A DNA stretch of 64,000 nt from Lingula anatina (GCA_051362555.1 CM120641.1:42042401-42106400); one strand, 5' to 3'; counted from the first letter of the stretch, positions 25,601 through 39,368 are shown. Translations and numbers: made by a program. Notes: generated from the letters alone by a model not told the origin.

Positions 25601-28390
25601 CACAGATGTAGATCAAGGGGGTTTTGGGGCTTCGCCTTGCTACAGAAGCGGTATAAACACGTTCGGTGTCGTCGAACGATTTGGGGTTGTTCATTACCTC
25701 CTCCACGCGCATAAATTCGCGCACCTAACAGATGAAGTCGAATATTTCATTTTTTTATATGAAAAAATATCATTTATAGTTATTTTTGGTTGCAGTCATG
25801 AAGTTTCAGTGCCTTTTACCAATTTTTCCAAATCAGGTGAAATACTGTACATGTATGTAGTACATGTTGTCAACTAGCCTCTATTTCCAATCCATAAAAT
25901 GTCTCTATTTGGGAGCCATGAAATCTTTTGTTTTTCCATTCAAGAAATTGCTACCATGTTGTTCTGTTGCAAAACGCTATGGCATCACTATATAATGTTT
26001 GAAGCACGTGACCCACCTTCTTGTCCGTCACAAACTCCCTGTCGTCTCGGCGCCTGTTCAGTTTCATGTCCTGTTCAAGAAGAATGCTGCAGTTGAACGG
26101 CTTCACAAACAACCTGTTGAGGTAATAACAGATGAAGTAATATTTCTTAATTTTGTTATGTTACATGGTAGAATATGTTCAGCACAATGACGCGAAAAGT
26201 ATTCATATGTCTCTTTCTGAATCTTTACCAATAAATGCACTTTTTTCAAATAAAAGTTCAATATAAATAAGGGCCATTACTCTTTTGTTATAAATACTTG
26301 TGTGCGGTAATTGAGAGAGAGAGAGGGGGATTATTTACTTCTCTGCCTTGGCCAGCCGTTCAGATCTTGGCATCCAAATATAAAAAGTTATCCATGCAAG
26401 TGAATGCCACCATATAATTATCCATATCCAGTGGAAACTCACTTCGCTAAATTTGGGGAAGTTCCACTCCAGGTAATCATGAATCAGCTGGAAAAGTAAA
26501 TTAACATCAGACGATTCATTCTTTGATTTTCTCGTGAAATTGCAGGGAACCATTTGGAAAGGAACAATTACCGAATTTTTTTCAGTACTAACGATCGATA
26601 TATCTAGTTGAAATCATTGAAACCTCTGAATGATTTTTTTTTGAAGATCGGACATTTTTTCTTCTATTACATGGTTAAAGTCGATTGAATAATTTCGAGA
26701 TATTCCCCTCCGTGCTTTGAGCAGTGTAGTGAAAACTGGAATATATAGTATATGAACCCTGATCTATTCACACCCTGCTCTGTTTATTTAGCTGTTAATA
26801 TCATTCCTAATATAAAGTTTAGTTTTCTTATTGGAAATGTGCCGACTTATAGAGGAGAGCCATAGAAACAAACGAATCAGCATTGAAAATGTATTGGTTA
26901 ACTTACGGAGGAATAAAAATGTTCTCCTCCCCAGTCCATGCCGATGAGTATGGCAATTGGTGTCGCCACCGATAGGGGAACGGCAAAACTAACCCGCTGC
27001 ATTTGTATCTTACAGGCCGTTTTAGCGCAGTACCAGCAGACGAGACTACAGCCCACCTGGTATGATGCCAATTATTTATACAAGTCATTAGCATTCATAA
27101 GATACACTTGATAGTACCTACATTACTTATATTGTTATCATTATTATCTTACAGAAGAAAAAAATAACGTGTGAGTAATAAAAACAGGAGATGTAAGAAT
27201 ACTGGTACCATTTGAACAATAGAGTTGAGAGAATTTTCTTCTCTTTTTTCAAATCATTATGTCCTGTTATGAAACTAAAGAAAGTAGTTTCTGGAAAGCA
27301 GTTAAGACATGGGTTTCCTTTGATTCATTTAGCACGTGCATCTAACTTAAACTAGTTAATAATATTTCGAAACTTCAGGATATCAACATTGGTGCTTTAA
27401 TGTGAACATGGTGGCTGTATAATTTAGAATTGGACTGATTTGTTACCTACCTGTATCAGCATGGCGATACCTGCTTCCCAAGTGGCTTCAGGAAAATCAT
27501 CATGGTCTTTAAAGGTGTCGTTGCCACATCGTTGGAAATCCAAGTCGAACAGCAACGACTCATTATTAAAGCGTGTTTTGTCGGTTTGTTCCAGAAGTAG
27601 CAATTGCAAAGGGGTTATAGCCACCTTCCATGCACTAATGAATAGGAATATTTTATTCTTCGCTTGGCGTATTTTTTTCTTATGTTTTACCAAAGCCTTG
27701 TGGATGGAACTGCGGTCTGGGAGAGTGCTGAATTTGCTGGATTTGCGGTCAATCCACACAAAATTTTCCCACCAAGATAAAGAAATAAGAAATAGGGCGA
27801 TAGGTATGAGCCACATTCTTGTGGTCGGGACAATGGAAGAATTCCCATGGCTTTCATTATAGGTCAGATAATTTGAAGCCTCATTGCTTCTTGTCTCCAA
27901 AGAAGGGAAGAAAAACATTGCCGATAGCTGAACTAGAAGCGCTACTGAGTCTGAGAATATGTGTAGAGGGCGGTATTTCTCGGCGTTGGCACGTGGGCGC
28001 AAGATAAGCTGAAGAAGGCTGGGTACAAACGCCACTCCGTGCATTATGAGCAAACCTTGAATTATGTCAAGATAGGGGAGAATGAGGAAGACAAGGATGA
28101 ACAGTCCAAATGAGTGACACGTTTCCACGACAAGAACCTGGAAAGAAAAACAATACCTATTAGATTTGTTTATTATTAAAATATATATCCACATTAAGTA
28201 TTATCTCTGATTCTCTCCCACAGGATAACCTAAAATGTCAATTTTAAGCTAGTTGTAGAACCAAGGATATTTGGTCTGTTTGTAATGTACCTAGACAAAA
28301 AGCCATATATAAGTATTAATTAGTAATTATTATAAAACTGCAATTTTAAACAAGAACCCTACCATGAGAACTAGTGTTTTCCGTATACAG

Positions 28391-28433
<43 letters not shown>

Positions 28434-31400
28434 AGAGAGATGCCCATTATTTTAGGACAGTTAGGGATCAATATCGAATCACCGTCCATTTGGATTCCTC
28501 GGCTATATATAAGTAAAGATGCAAAATGTTGGACTGAATATAAGGGTAAAGGCATTTTTATGTATACATGCGCCTTGCGTCTGTACATAAAGGTATCACC
28601 TGCATCTGTCGTCACCGTCGTCGCCGTGTACTTTCAGTAATAACACGATAAGTGGAAAACTGTTTGACCTATTGTCTTAAAAGTTTAAGCACTGATGAAT
28701 ATTTATAAAATACAGGTTGAATATAAAAATCAGCCTGATCGGACCTTTTTTTTCAAAAGTGCGCTGTTTTTTTCTCTTTTTTTCAGCATATATACAATAC
28801 AGGTAACACATTTCAAGTTAATCGATTAGCATAATGTCTTTAAACTTACAGGAGTGATCAATATTACTACAGGTTTATCAAACAGGGTTAAATCTAATTT
28901 TTTTTACTATTATTTCAAAATTACAGCCACAAATTACACAGACAGAAGTTCATTCCACTATCTTAGTTGTATTAAATACTACAAATTGGTTCCTAGTTAC
29001 AACTGTTAAATAAGATGCCATCATGTTACACTTAATATTTCAATGGTTATGAATAAAAAGACGAAAACAATTTCATTTAATGGTAACATACAGATAGCTA
29101 ATATCAGGTGTACGGATGATTTACCAATAGAATTTTTGAAGGACGCAACCTTAATTGCTGCACCGCTACTACTTGAGAAAGAAACTTGTACTGTAGGCAG
29201 TTCAGTCAATTGACACTTATTAGTTAGCCAGTGATTACGTGGGTACGTTGTGTCACTTATTCTGATGTAAAATCTGATGTTTGCAGTCTTGATGTTAGAT
29301 TGGATCGTAAAATATCCAGTAAATTAGAAGAAAAATAGAAATCCTTATAGTGTTTTACAAATACGGTAGTTTTGGAAATTTTCTACAAGAATTTTAAACA
29401 TACTTCAATTTTTACTTTGATTTACTCTATTGAATAGATGCATAGTGAACAAAATATTAACCTTTATTAGCTGAACATTTTTAATTCAAATGATACAGAT
29501 AACTACAATTTCCTTTTATATCAAAGATGGAATTATCTGGGTTTTTAGCTGGCCGCTATATAGGAGAAAACACACGGTTGATATATGACCTAATGCACAT
29601 CACAGAAAAACGAAATATTCCAGGCTTGCTTGTTTTGATTGATTTTGAAAAGGCTTGCAATTCGGTTGACTGGGATTTTATAATTAATGTACTGGACTTC
29701 TTTAATTTTGGTGACGCAATTAAAAAATGGTTTGGGATATTAAATTTCGACTGCAGCGCCTCCATTAGTCAGTGCGGTCATTTATCCGAGTACTTCAGAA
29801 TCTCGAGAGGATGCCGTCAGGGTGACCCCCTCTCCCCGTACATTTTTATTTTATGTGCTGAAATACTTTCGTTACTGATCAAGAATAATAGTGATATTAC
29901 TGGTATAAAGATAGAGAATACAGAATTTAGAATATCACAATATGCTGACGACACTACCCTCATTCTCAACGGCAGCAGACTCTCATTTCTTGCAGCATTT
30001 AATACACTTGATTTCTTTTCAAAAATATCAGGTTTGGCGATAAATAAGAGTAAGACTAAACTAATTTGGATTGGCGCAAAAAAGTTTAGCAAGGAGGTGT
30101 TTCACCATGTAAGATGGAAGATGAATTGGGTTTATGACAGTTTTGATTTGTTAGGTATTGAATTTACATTGAATTTGCAGGATATGATAAAAACTAATTT
30201 TGAACAATACATCGTAAAAATTAAAAGAATGTTGCAACAATGGGAAAGGAGACCTTTGACGCCCATTGGCAAAATCACTGTACTGAAAACCCTGGTTGTA
30301 CCCATGTTAAACCACCTATTCATTTCCCTTCCCAATCCAGATGAAACATACATGAAATTACTAAACACAATGTTCTTTCAATTTATATGGGGCAAAAAGA
30401 CGGAAAAAGTGAAAAGGAGTGTAATAACTGGTAATTATGAACAAGGTGGTCTTAAGATGGTAGATTTATTTGACTTTATTGCTTCTCTTAAATGTACTTG
30501 GATTAGAAGAATTTATCAGACAGACAACATATATGCTCAACTTCTCCAAGCTATTTTTGATCGAGATGTAATAAGTTATATATTTACTTTTGGGAATGCG
30601 TATCTAGATAAGCTTATTAAGGATTGTAGTAACTGTTTTTGGAAAGATGTTCTGGTTTCCTGGAAATTAGTGTTAACACGCTTACTAGAAAGAAAAAGTA
30701 TAATATCTGTGGAGCCGATTTGGTATAATGATAATTTTAAGATTGGGGGCAAGCCTGTGTTTATAAGAAAATGGTTTAACAAAGGCGTCAAAATTGTTAG
30801 CGATTTTCTTGAAAATAACAGAATTTTAACAAAGGAAGAATTTGAACAAAAATTTAGCCTACAAAACTGTTGTGCGCTTACATTTTATGGTATACGAAAT
30901 TCTATTAAGCACAGGCTTATGAATAAAACGCATAACGATGTTCTTGAGATCACCTCTCACCCTTTTTTGCCTCAAGCAATAGAGCTTCTTATCAAACATA
31001 GTAAAGGCTGTAGAGACTTTTATCAAACTCTCTACAAGCCAGCTACACGAATGACAAATGAAAAAAAAATGGAACGCAAAGTCAAATTTTGATGTACATT
31101 GGAAAGATGTCTATAAGAACTGTTTCGAAACAACAAAGAACACCAAACTGCAGTGGTTCCAATACCGCATAATACATAGGCTCCTGCCTGTTAAATCATA
31201 TTTAAAAACTATAGGGATTGAAAACGATGACGTCTGTTCTCTTTGTGGTGTTGCAAGGGAAGACATTTCGCATACTTTCTTCCAATGCGCGTATAGTAAA
31301 AAAATTTGGGAAGAACTGAAAGCTTACATCTTTAACAGAACGAATAAAAACATTACCTTTAATGAAAAATGCATCCTTTTCGGCTATCCAACAAACCTAA

Positions 31401-31688
31401 ACAGCCCAATTAATTTTGTTATTCTTTGTACGAAATGTTATATTTACAAAAGTTTCAAAAAGAAAGAATGTATGCGTCTTTCTTCACTCATAAATTACAT
31501 AAAGGACCAATTTATTATAGAAAAATTCAATGCATTAAAAAAGCTAAATTTAACAAACTTTGAAAAAAAAATGGGAAAATTGGTCAGACATGTTTGAATT
31601 TAATTAGCTTCAGCAAAATAATATTTTGCACTTTTTGCTTGTTTAATAATATGTTGTAGTTATGGATGAATACATTGTGGTATCGATC

Positions 31689-31747
<59 letters not shown>

Positions 31748-34700
31748 ACCTATTGTTCATGAGATTATAAACTTATATTCGTGTGTGTAAGAGAGAGAGT
31801 GAGTGTGCAGTGTGCATTTACCATACTTGGGTATATGTACTTTCTTATACTGAAATTTTTCAATAAAAAAAAAAAAAAAAAAAAAAAAAAGATGGAATTA
31901 TTAAAAATCGTCGTCCAATTTTCATTTTTACTAGCCAAGGAATCCAAATTGTCAGACCAGAGACCTATCTAGGACAATCAGCGAAAAAACTGCAATATTG
32001 ATTAGAAAGTAAGTAGGACAGTCAAAAAATATATTAGATAATAATTTTATAAATAAAAAGAGAAATTATTATAAAGAAAATCGAATCTTTTATTTCTGCT
32101 GTTGCCGCTTACCTTAAAGTCCTAAAACTAAAAGAATAAATACACGCAGGTTACTTACCGCAAAGAACGTCCCCAAACTCGGCCACACCGTTTTCTTGAA
32201 GAGTACCTTAAATAAACACTGCATGAATGTTAGGAGATAGGGAAAACACATGGTGATTGCAAGTCCCCATATCCATCTCACGGAGACCTCACCACAGAGA
32301 ACCCTATCCGTCATGATGGTGCTTCTGTTAACCCCTTCTTCCACTTTGCAATCCGTCAAATAGGTGCCGTTGTTATAGTTTGTCATGTTCCCAGACTGCT
32401 CAACCACATACCAAGGTTCAACCTTGCAAGTCATCCACTTTTTTGTCCCCGACTGAGCCACCGAGATCATAAGCGTGATTTTATGGATGACGGTCGACCC
32501 AAGGATGAAGAGGAGGAGGAGCCAGTATACGATCACCTTGCAGACCCGCTTGGTTACCTCTAGGCACCAGCTCTCTGAGAGTTCTTCATTGTCCGGTGAT
32601 GTTATACGGAAAATGTCCCAAAGCTTGGCGGCGGGTCCCTTAGGCCTGTGAAATAATAAGTACTTTTATTTATTTTATTTATGAACTGTTACAAATAACT
32701 GGACTTTAAAAGAACTGAGTAGCGTACAGAAACACTGGTGATTATCGAGCATGTTAGAAACAAGAGGAGGCGTGTTAATTTGTTAATCTGATTGCATTCA
32801 GTAAGAGTCCCCACGGAGTCGGATCGATCTACGTAAAGCGATAGTTTCATTGGGAATGAGCCCTGTGTTTGTAAGAAAAGGAACAAAATGATAAATACAT
32901 TGGAAAATAGATAAGTGTGGTAATATTCAGATGGAATATTTAATAGATTAAATAATTTAAGAATAAAATTTAACTTATCTCTTATATTACAAGGCACCTA
33001 TGTGAATCAAAAGAGATAGACATATGAAGGTCTCCTCATTAACCCCAGCGAAAGTATAGGTAAAGGACAAACAAATATGGTGTTCCAAATTTGGCCGGTA
33101 GCGGCCGCTTCTATTTAAAGATCCCTCTAGTAAAAGAATAGTGTCAAGTTATTATATAGCATTAGATAATGTTGAATTAATTAAAAATGAACCGCAAAAG
33201 TTAAAGGCGTGGGTAGGCAATGTTTTTAAATGGACGTAACACAGTGGAAACTAGTTGCTCTTGCTCAGTACGTACAAAGCATATTAAAAACCTTTTCACA
33301 TTCCACGTTTATAGTACATGTCCAGGGTCAATTTTGACTTGATAACATCTTTGTATAAATTTGCCAAATGGATAACTCTATTCCTATGACGTTAGAACGG
33401 AAAATTTTCTTCTGGGTCATATCAATTATTCATGATTGAAATGAAATATCATAGAGGTGTCATCTTAAAGTTAAGTCTTGGCTTTCTATCGTTACATAGT
33501 TAAGGACTACCAAATTACTGGGAAAACGTGGAAATACCTTTCTAAGAAAGTAGCCTGTTACATGTAAGTGCAGTTTTGATATAAATGCAATTATTGGCAA
33601 TCGTTTCTTTCTCAGACGCGAAAGGGGATTCAATTTTTATAATTTAAATACCTCTGTCTGAAATAAATACCTGCAAAAAAATGCTGTGAAACGGTATACT
33701 AGCAATAGAAAAAAGACTGTACATCATCGTATTGAAAATATAATGGGGAGATAATTTGTGACATAATTATATCATTTACAATAATAACGGCTGTATTGGT
33801 CACCAAGTTTTTCACAGACCAAACTGTCAACTGTGATGCACTCGTGTGTGGTGAGGCTCCCTATCAAGTTTTCAATGATCAATTTATTTTCAAATGTTGA
33901 AATGTAGCCATCACCGTTATCTCTTCTTAGGCAAATGTTTACATAGCGATAACGTTGTTGTAACGGACTGGCTACGTCATCACAGTTCTTGGAACTGGTA
34001 TATCTACTACACAAACCTGGCGTACTCAGAACAGCCCTACAAAGTCTCTTTTTAGTTCAACAAAAAGGCGCTTATTATAACAATCCCTGTTATGTTTTTG
34101 TTACACGATAAAAATGTTTACGTTATGCGATAAGCGGAGTGGACGCACCCCCCCCCCCCCTCCACCTCCCCCCCCCCTCCCCCAGCTTCAAGAGGCAAGG
34201 TCCAACACTGGGGCATTAATTTCCCAAGGTTCCTTATTAAAAGTTCATTCTGTATTTCTTACCCCGCATTTAGAGGAAAGGTTTCAGGATTAGGGGCAAA
34301 AGGTGTGAACAAGTGATGTATGCCTACAATGTAATCATTGGCAGCCCAGATAAGAGAGATAAAAAAGGAAAAGGTCCTATGTGTGACTCATGATACTGAT
34401 CGATTGGGATTCAATAAGTGGGACAAGGAAGTATTGAGTTTCAGCGTCTGTTGACAAGGCAACAGAGGTGGCCGGTGAGCAGGTGCGACGATGGATGTAC
34501 GTGCCTGTCTGCACCTACCCGGGCGCGTGAACACTTATCTTAAAACTAGACAGAAATTCGTTTGATCTATTTGTGTTTTTGAGTCAAAACTTTCATTTTT
34601 GTGTGATGGCAAGTGCAGTAAAAAAAACATTTTGTGAAAGCTTGGTGCACTGCTAAAATATGATAGCGGGTCTCCGTGGAAAAGTGATTTTCAACCTGAC

Positions 34701-36863
34701 AATGATATGAAGGTGGCTTTTAAAATTGTATCCTGATAGTATTTTATGATTTACTAAATGAAAAAAAAAACAGCTTGGGCGATATTTATTTTTAGCTCTT
34801 CTAAACCCTTGTGAAATCTACGATGTAATTTGTACGCGTGGAGGAGAGCAGTCACCACTTGAGATTGACAAGATAGTTGGCTAAGACCTGCAGCTCAAGA
34901 TAGTCTGCTAAAACCTGTAGCTCAAGATAAGGCCCGTACGGACTTCTCAGCATTCTTACAAGTTGTATCTCACCATTTAGTTATAATATATTATTAGTAA
35001 TTCAAGTGGTACATCTGTCTATTATATTGAGATTCACATAATGTATTATTATTATTATTAGATATTATATGGTACAAGGTCATGTTAATATATGGATCAG
35101 TACAGAAATAAAAAGAGTTGAATTAAAAATAATCCAACAGAATAGTGACAAAACCTGTCCTTCTGTCTACTGAGAGTCAATGAAAACGCATCATTTATTT
35201 ATCAAATAATATTTTAAGTTCCTTTGGCACATTAAGAAAATAACAGTTTTCGTGTGGAATATGTGAAATATGAAATAGTGGTCAGCCTACTCTCTTATGA
35301 CCAAACAAGTGCATTTGTATTCGTTTATATGGTTGGAATCGATTCTCGGTAAAAAGTACAAGAAAGTTTTTTTTATGCGTTTTCATTGACTGTCAGTATA
35401 ATTTCAAGACATTTGAAAGGGAACGATGTCATAAAATTAGTTTCGCCATTTATGGAGGGCAGGGCTCTCTAATGAAGTTGAAAAAAGGTGACCTTTTTAC
35501 AAAGTGAAAGGTGAAAGATCACCTTTTCGTTAGGAAAAGGTGATCAAAGATGAGGGATCATCTTTTGATAACATTTTGTAAATAAATGAAAGCGATAAAA
35601 GGTGCTTTTGCATGCAGTGTATCTTATCATCATATTCTATAAAATATAAAACCATGTATAGTTTGGTAGTTTTTCCGCTAGAATGCAGACCTTAACTTTA
35701 TAAATTTCGTCAGCAGGGAGAAAAATAACTGGTCCTTTGCGGGAGCGATATCATAATGTGAGGTTTGTGTAATTAGTGTGGACAAAATCCGTAACGACAA
35801 AAACGAATTAAAAATACACCATTAATTTCAATACTGCATTGCATGAAAAAGAAATATTACTCTAAGATCGAACTGCGGGCGTTCGAACAGTAAAATTATT
35901 GAAATGTGGCTTGAATTTATCATCTGACAAAAATATTAAAATGGGCGCATACGCATCCTTGTACGATGTACATGTAAGATTTTGTAACATCTTCAGATGT
36001 TCCTGGGCTCACATCTCATGATTTTGTAAAATATAAAAAGAAAACAATAGGTACCACAATTTCAGGTGATTAAAAAAAGCATCAATACAGTTAATAGAAT
36101 ACGGTCACTTTTTTTTGTTATTTCTGCGTTGGAAATCCTCCCTTATTATCATGAAAAATTTGTAAAGGAAAAAAAGGTGGGTTTTTATTTCTTTCCAAAT
36201 TAATCATAATTTGTAACAGACTCATAATATGACACTTATACGTCTTGTTAAGTTATTTAACTTAATAATTATGTCGTTAATGAAAAAGATCTGCAAAACG
36301 CATTTCAGAGCCATTCTTAAGCAAATGAAAACGGCGCAGCTGACATTTGAACTGAACAAAAATTGCTGAAATCGTGATTAAAAGTTATTTTAATGGAGGG
36401 TTTAGCGCTTATAAATCGCGTACCTCATCCTTTGAAAAAAAAGATAAAAACACAAAAGAGAACAGAAGATAGGCTATGCATAGACATGAAGGATAACAAA
36501 TAGCAAATAAAAGTGTTTTGATCACTCAATCTTGTAAAAATGGAAAAAAAAAAAAAACATTCATACGCCTTAGTGAAATTAATGTAGAAACATAAAATGA
36601 CATTACTTTTGTTCATCTTCATTGCCAGTCACCGCAGTCGCATACATCGGCGGGGGCGTAATGGAGCGCTGGATATACTTTTCAACGTTGTCCTTCGTCA
36701 GCTCAGGCAACTCTGCCAATTCCGACTCGTCCTCTTCTCCCTCCTCTTCTATGATACTGTTATCGAATGAGTCGAAACTGGTATTTTTCATTTTGAGCAG
36801 TGTTGGATTTGTCTGCTCTATCATAAACAGGGATCCTTTCCGTACTTTAAAGTCTTCGTTCAT
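18985..36863 (-). CDS. CHS: Chitin synthase, tandem copy B, complete, about 1717 aa, no myosin motor domain seen. Coding exons: 36607-36863, 32159-32645, 27451-28137, 26907-27056, 26339-26487, 26017-26113, 25543-25724, 25092-25171, 24643-24751, 24103-24256, 23766-23976, 23288-23488, 22724-22911, 21961-22224, 21035-21608, 20650-20775, 18985-20222
   Basis: All GT2 chitin-synthase motifs are present: CATMWHE, DGDVDF, EYAVSHW, CVLCSPGCFSLFR, QYDQ|GEDRWLCTL, QRRRW (22784-22798), SWGTRE, plus a C-terminal coiled coil and TM helices. Exon phases join into one open frame (5154 nt including stop). Confidence 0.95.
19041..19157 (-). repeat. 24-bp coding minisatellite (alternating two-variant 48-bp unit) in the last exon of CHS copy B
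   Basis: TAGATCCAGGTGTGTTGGCGAGAC alternates with TAGATCCAGGTGTGTCAGCGGGAC, encoding PGSSPADT/PGSSLANT. Confidence 0.9.
29527..31746 (+). mobile_element. 5'-truncated L1/Tx1-clade LINE ORF2 (reverse transcriptase + C-terminal zinc knuckle) in intron 2 of CHS copy B
   Basis: Motifs GF..GRYIGEN.RLI.D, DFEKA..SV, GCRQGDPLSP, SQYADDTTL, GGLKM, CSLC...EDI.H.FFQC. There is a frameshift at the A-run near 31061-31069 and no endonuclease domain. A (TTA)n tract follows at 31689-31746. Confidence 0.92.
35168..35398. mobile_element. MITE with 24-bp terminal inverted repeats, TA-flanked
   Basis: TACTGAGAGTCAATGAAAACGCAT ... ATGCGTTTTCATTGACTGTCAGTA (one mismatch). Confidence 0.7.
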
Positions 36864-37910
36864 TTTTGAAGTTTCCTAAAAAGCCAACTTGCTAATCAGC
36901 GTGCGTCTTTCCAAAGTGACGGCGACAATCTGCGTTTTGCAATTTAGTTACGAAAAGTTATTTAAAACGCCATTTATTTTTTGTGGGTAAAGAACATTTT
37001 ATTTGTTTGCAAATCTGACGACAGGGATTCATTAAGATAATGGAACCTGATAATAGTTAATAAGCAATGTCAAATTAATCATTCCCTGGTTAGATTAATG
37101 TTGGCGATAATGTAATCAATAAAAATCTATCGCTATTTGGACTAAACTTTTTTCTTGGTGTTTGATCAAACCAGGTAGTTTCTTACGAAAAGCAACAGTA
37201 GCGCATTTCTGCGATTTTTTAAACAATTTATTACCTTTATTTTCCTGCTATTTGGTCACGCATGGGCATTATGTAGAATAAACTTATCTGATAGCCGTTT
37301 CAAAAGCAGTGTTAAATGCCGTTTTAACATGAATGCAGTACTTACCACTGTTTCTTTCTAAAACGCAAACAGTGATTCATAAGATTACTTTCCCAATTAA
37401 GCTTTTCAACCTAAAATAAATCGCTGCCAAAAGAAGGACACCCTTTGTATTTCAGGTCGGAGAGGGCAAATCTAATACCACGAGTCCCTCTGTAACAACG
37501 TTGTTAGGGTAATGCTTTTATTATTGGTACATAATCAAGACCTACATAACATACACGGGAATAAATTACTTCATCTATTACATCTTTACATTATCACAGA
37601 GGTAAAATCATGAATAGCTAAGTTTTTGTCTCCCTTCTTTCTGACTAAAAATAATAAATTAAAAAAATAAATAAACAAAATGAAAAAAATAAAACCAACA
37701 GCACTCACAGTATATTATAAGAGTTGAAAAATCAAGCACCTAACATAATTAAATTTCAAATAAGGTACGATTGTGATTGAGGATGTGTATTATAAAAATG
37801 CAACCCTGGGACAAATGATCACATAAAAATCTTGAGAATTTTACAATTTCATAATCTACTCGTCGCACGGTAGCAAAGCAAAGGGGTCAGGCGACTTGAA
37901 GTGCGCAACT

Positions 37911-38001
37911 CCCAGCAAACAGAACAATTTATAACGTTACCATAACATTTTTTAATATAAACGTTATGGTAACGTTATATTAACGTTCTGTCCATGCTGG
38001 G
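37911..38001. mobile_element. Short palindromic non-autonomous DNA element (CCCAGCA...TGCTGGG ends)
   Basis: Terminal CCCAGCA/TGCTGGG with an internal inverted repeat TATAACGTTACCATAAC...GTTATGGTAACGTTATA. Confidence 0.65.
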
Positions 38002-38996
38002 TCGGAGGTGTTACGACCAAAGCTGGAAAAAAATCTGATTAAACTTACGAAGGAATGCTAAGATAGTCGTCACTAATGATACTAAAAATACAGATTTGAA
38101 AAAGGTAATTAGGCTTTTTGCTCAGGAATGCAAGGGCATTATGCCTACATAATTCACAAAATATTACAATATTAACTTCGATGAGACAATACTAAAATGA
38201 TTTATCAAAAAACCCTGAATTATCTTCTCTTCCAATACCCATTCGCAGGATAAAATATATTGTTAGTGCTTGTACATAATTCGTCATAACTGCAAAACTT
38301 TCACAAGGAATACAAGATCCACACGTTGTTAGCGGACACACGCAATTCTCTATCATTATAAACAACAAGTGTTTTTGTACAATGTAGAATACACTGAACA
38401 CAAGGCTGTCGGCTCTAGGAGTAACAGCAATGTACCACATTGACGGAGTTTTTGTTCCTTTAGTGTCCAATCGTTTTCACATTACCATTAGACAACAAGA
38501 CTGCAGAGTTTCAGAACAAGAACAATAAGGGCAGCCTCATAATGCTGCGATCACATGCAGATACATATCCACCCTATGTGTCACCCTATTTGACGTCATT
38601 TGTCGATGACATTGAGAAAAACGGTTGCCAGCCAAGCTACAGGCCACCTCTAGACGGCTAAATTCCCGTACTTGCCCGTATTTGGAAAATGAAATTTTGG
38701 AAAGATCTAAAAACTTGTGTAAATCTACAAGAGGGACACTGGATCAAAATGCAGACATGTCCCAAGTAATCGTGAAATCTTCGCGTCTATGCATTATAAT
38801 AGTCCAGCAAAAATATTTGTTAGGGTTGCCAGCTCTCTTAATTACAATCAATCAAAACTGTCTTACAGCATCCCACTGAATCACTTCAACATTTCCTCCT
38901 CCTGAACACATTTTTATCTGTGTTCTCTCAAGGGCTAAGCTTGGCCAGAAATAAACTTCACCACAATTGACGTCACCCCATTTGATATACCCCGTT

Positions 38997-39368
38997 TCAA
39001 GTCATCAGAGGACGCAGTTATTCTGACACCGGTTATTCCGTATTTTACTACAGCTTTGGGGCTGTAAAGACTAAAATATCTCCTTAATCTCTCCCCCTCC
39101 AAACTCTTTAAGAATAAGTCTCAAGTCATCAGAGGATGCAGTTATTCTGACACCGGTTATTCCGTATTTTACTGCAGCTTTGGGGCTGTAAAGACTAAAA
39201 AATCTCCTTAATCTCTCCCCCTCCAAACTCTTTAAGAATAAGTCTGTAGTCATCAGAGGATGCAGTTATTCTGACACAAGTTATTGTATTTTACACCAGC
39301 TTTGGGGCTGTAAAGACTAAAAAAATCTCCTTAATCTCTACCCCTCCAAACTCTTTAAAAATAAGTCA
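38997..39368. repeat. Tandem repeat, about 124-128-bp unit x3
   Basis: GTCATCAGAGGA(C/T)GCAGTTATTCTGACAC...GCTTTGGGGCTGTAAAGACTAAAA...CCTCCAAACTCTTTAA starts at 39001, 39125 and 39249. Confidence 0.92.

Noticed and set aside
29020-29215. Plus-strand frame containing DDLPIEFLKDATLIAAPL, reminiscent of CR1/L2 RT N-terminus
   Set aside because: Too short and degenerate to call without a search.
38997-39368. CRISPR-like array
   Set aside because: Whole units are repeated with no unique spacers, the context is eukaryotic, and no cas genes are present.
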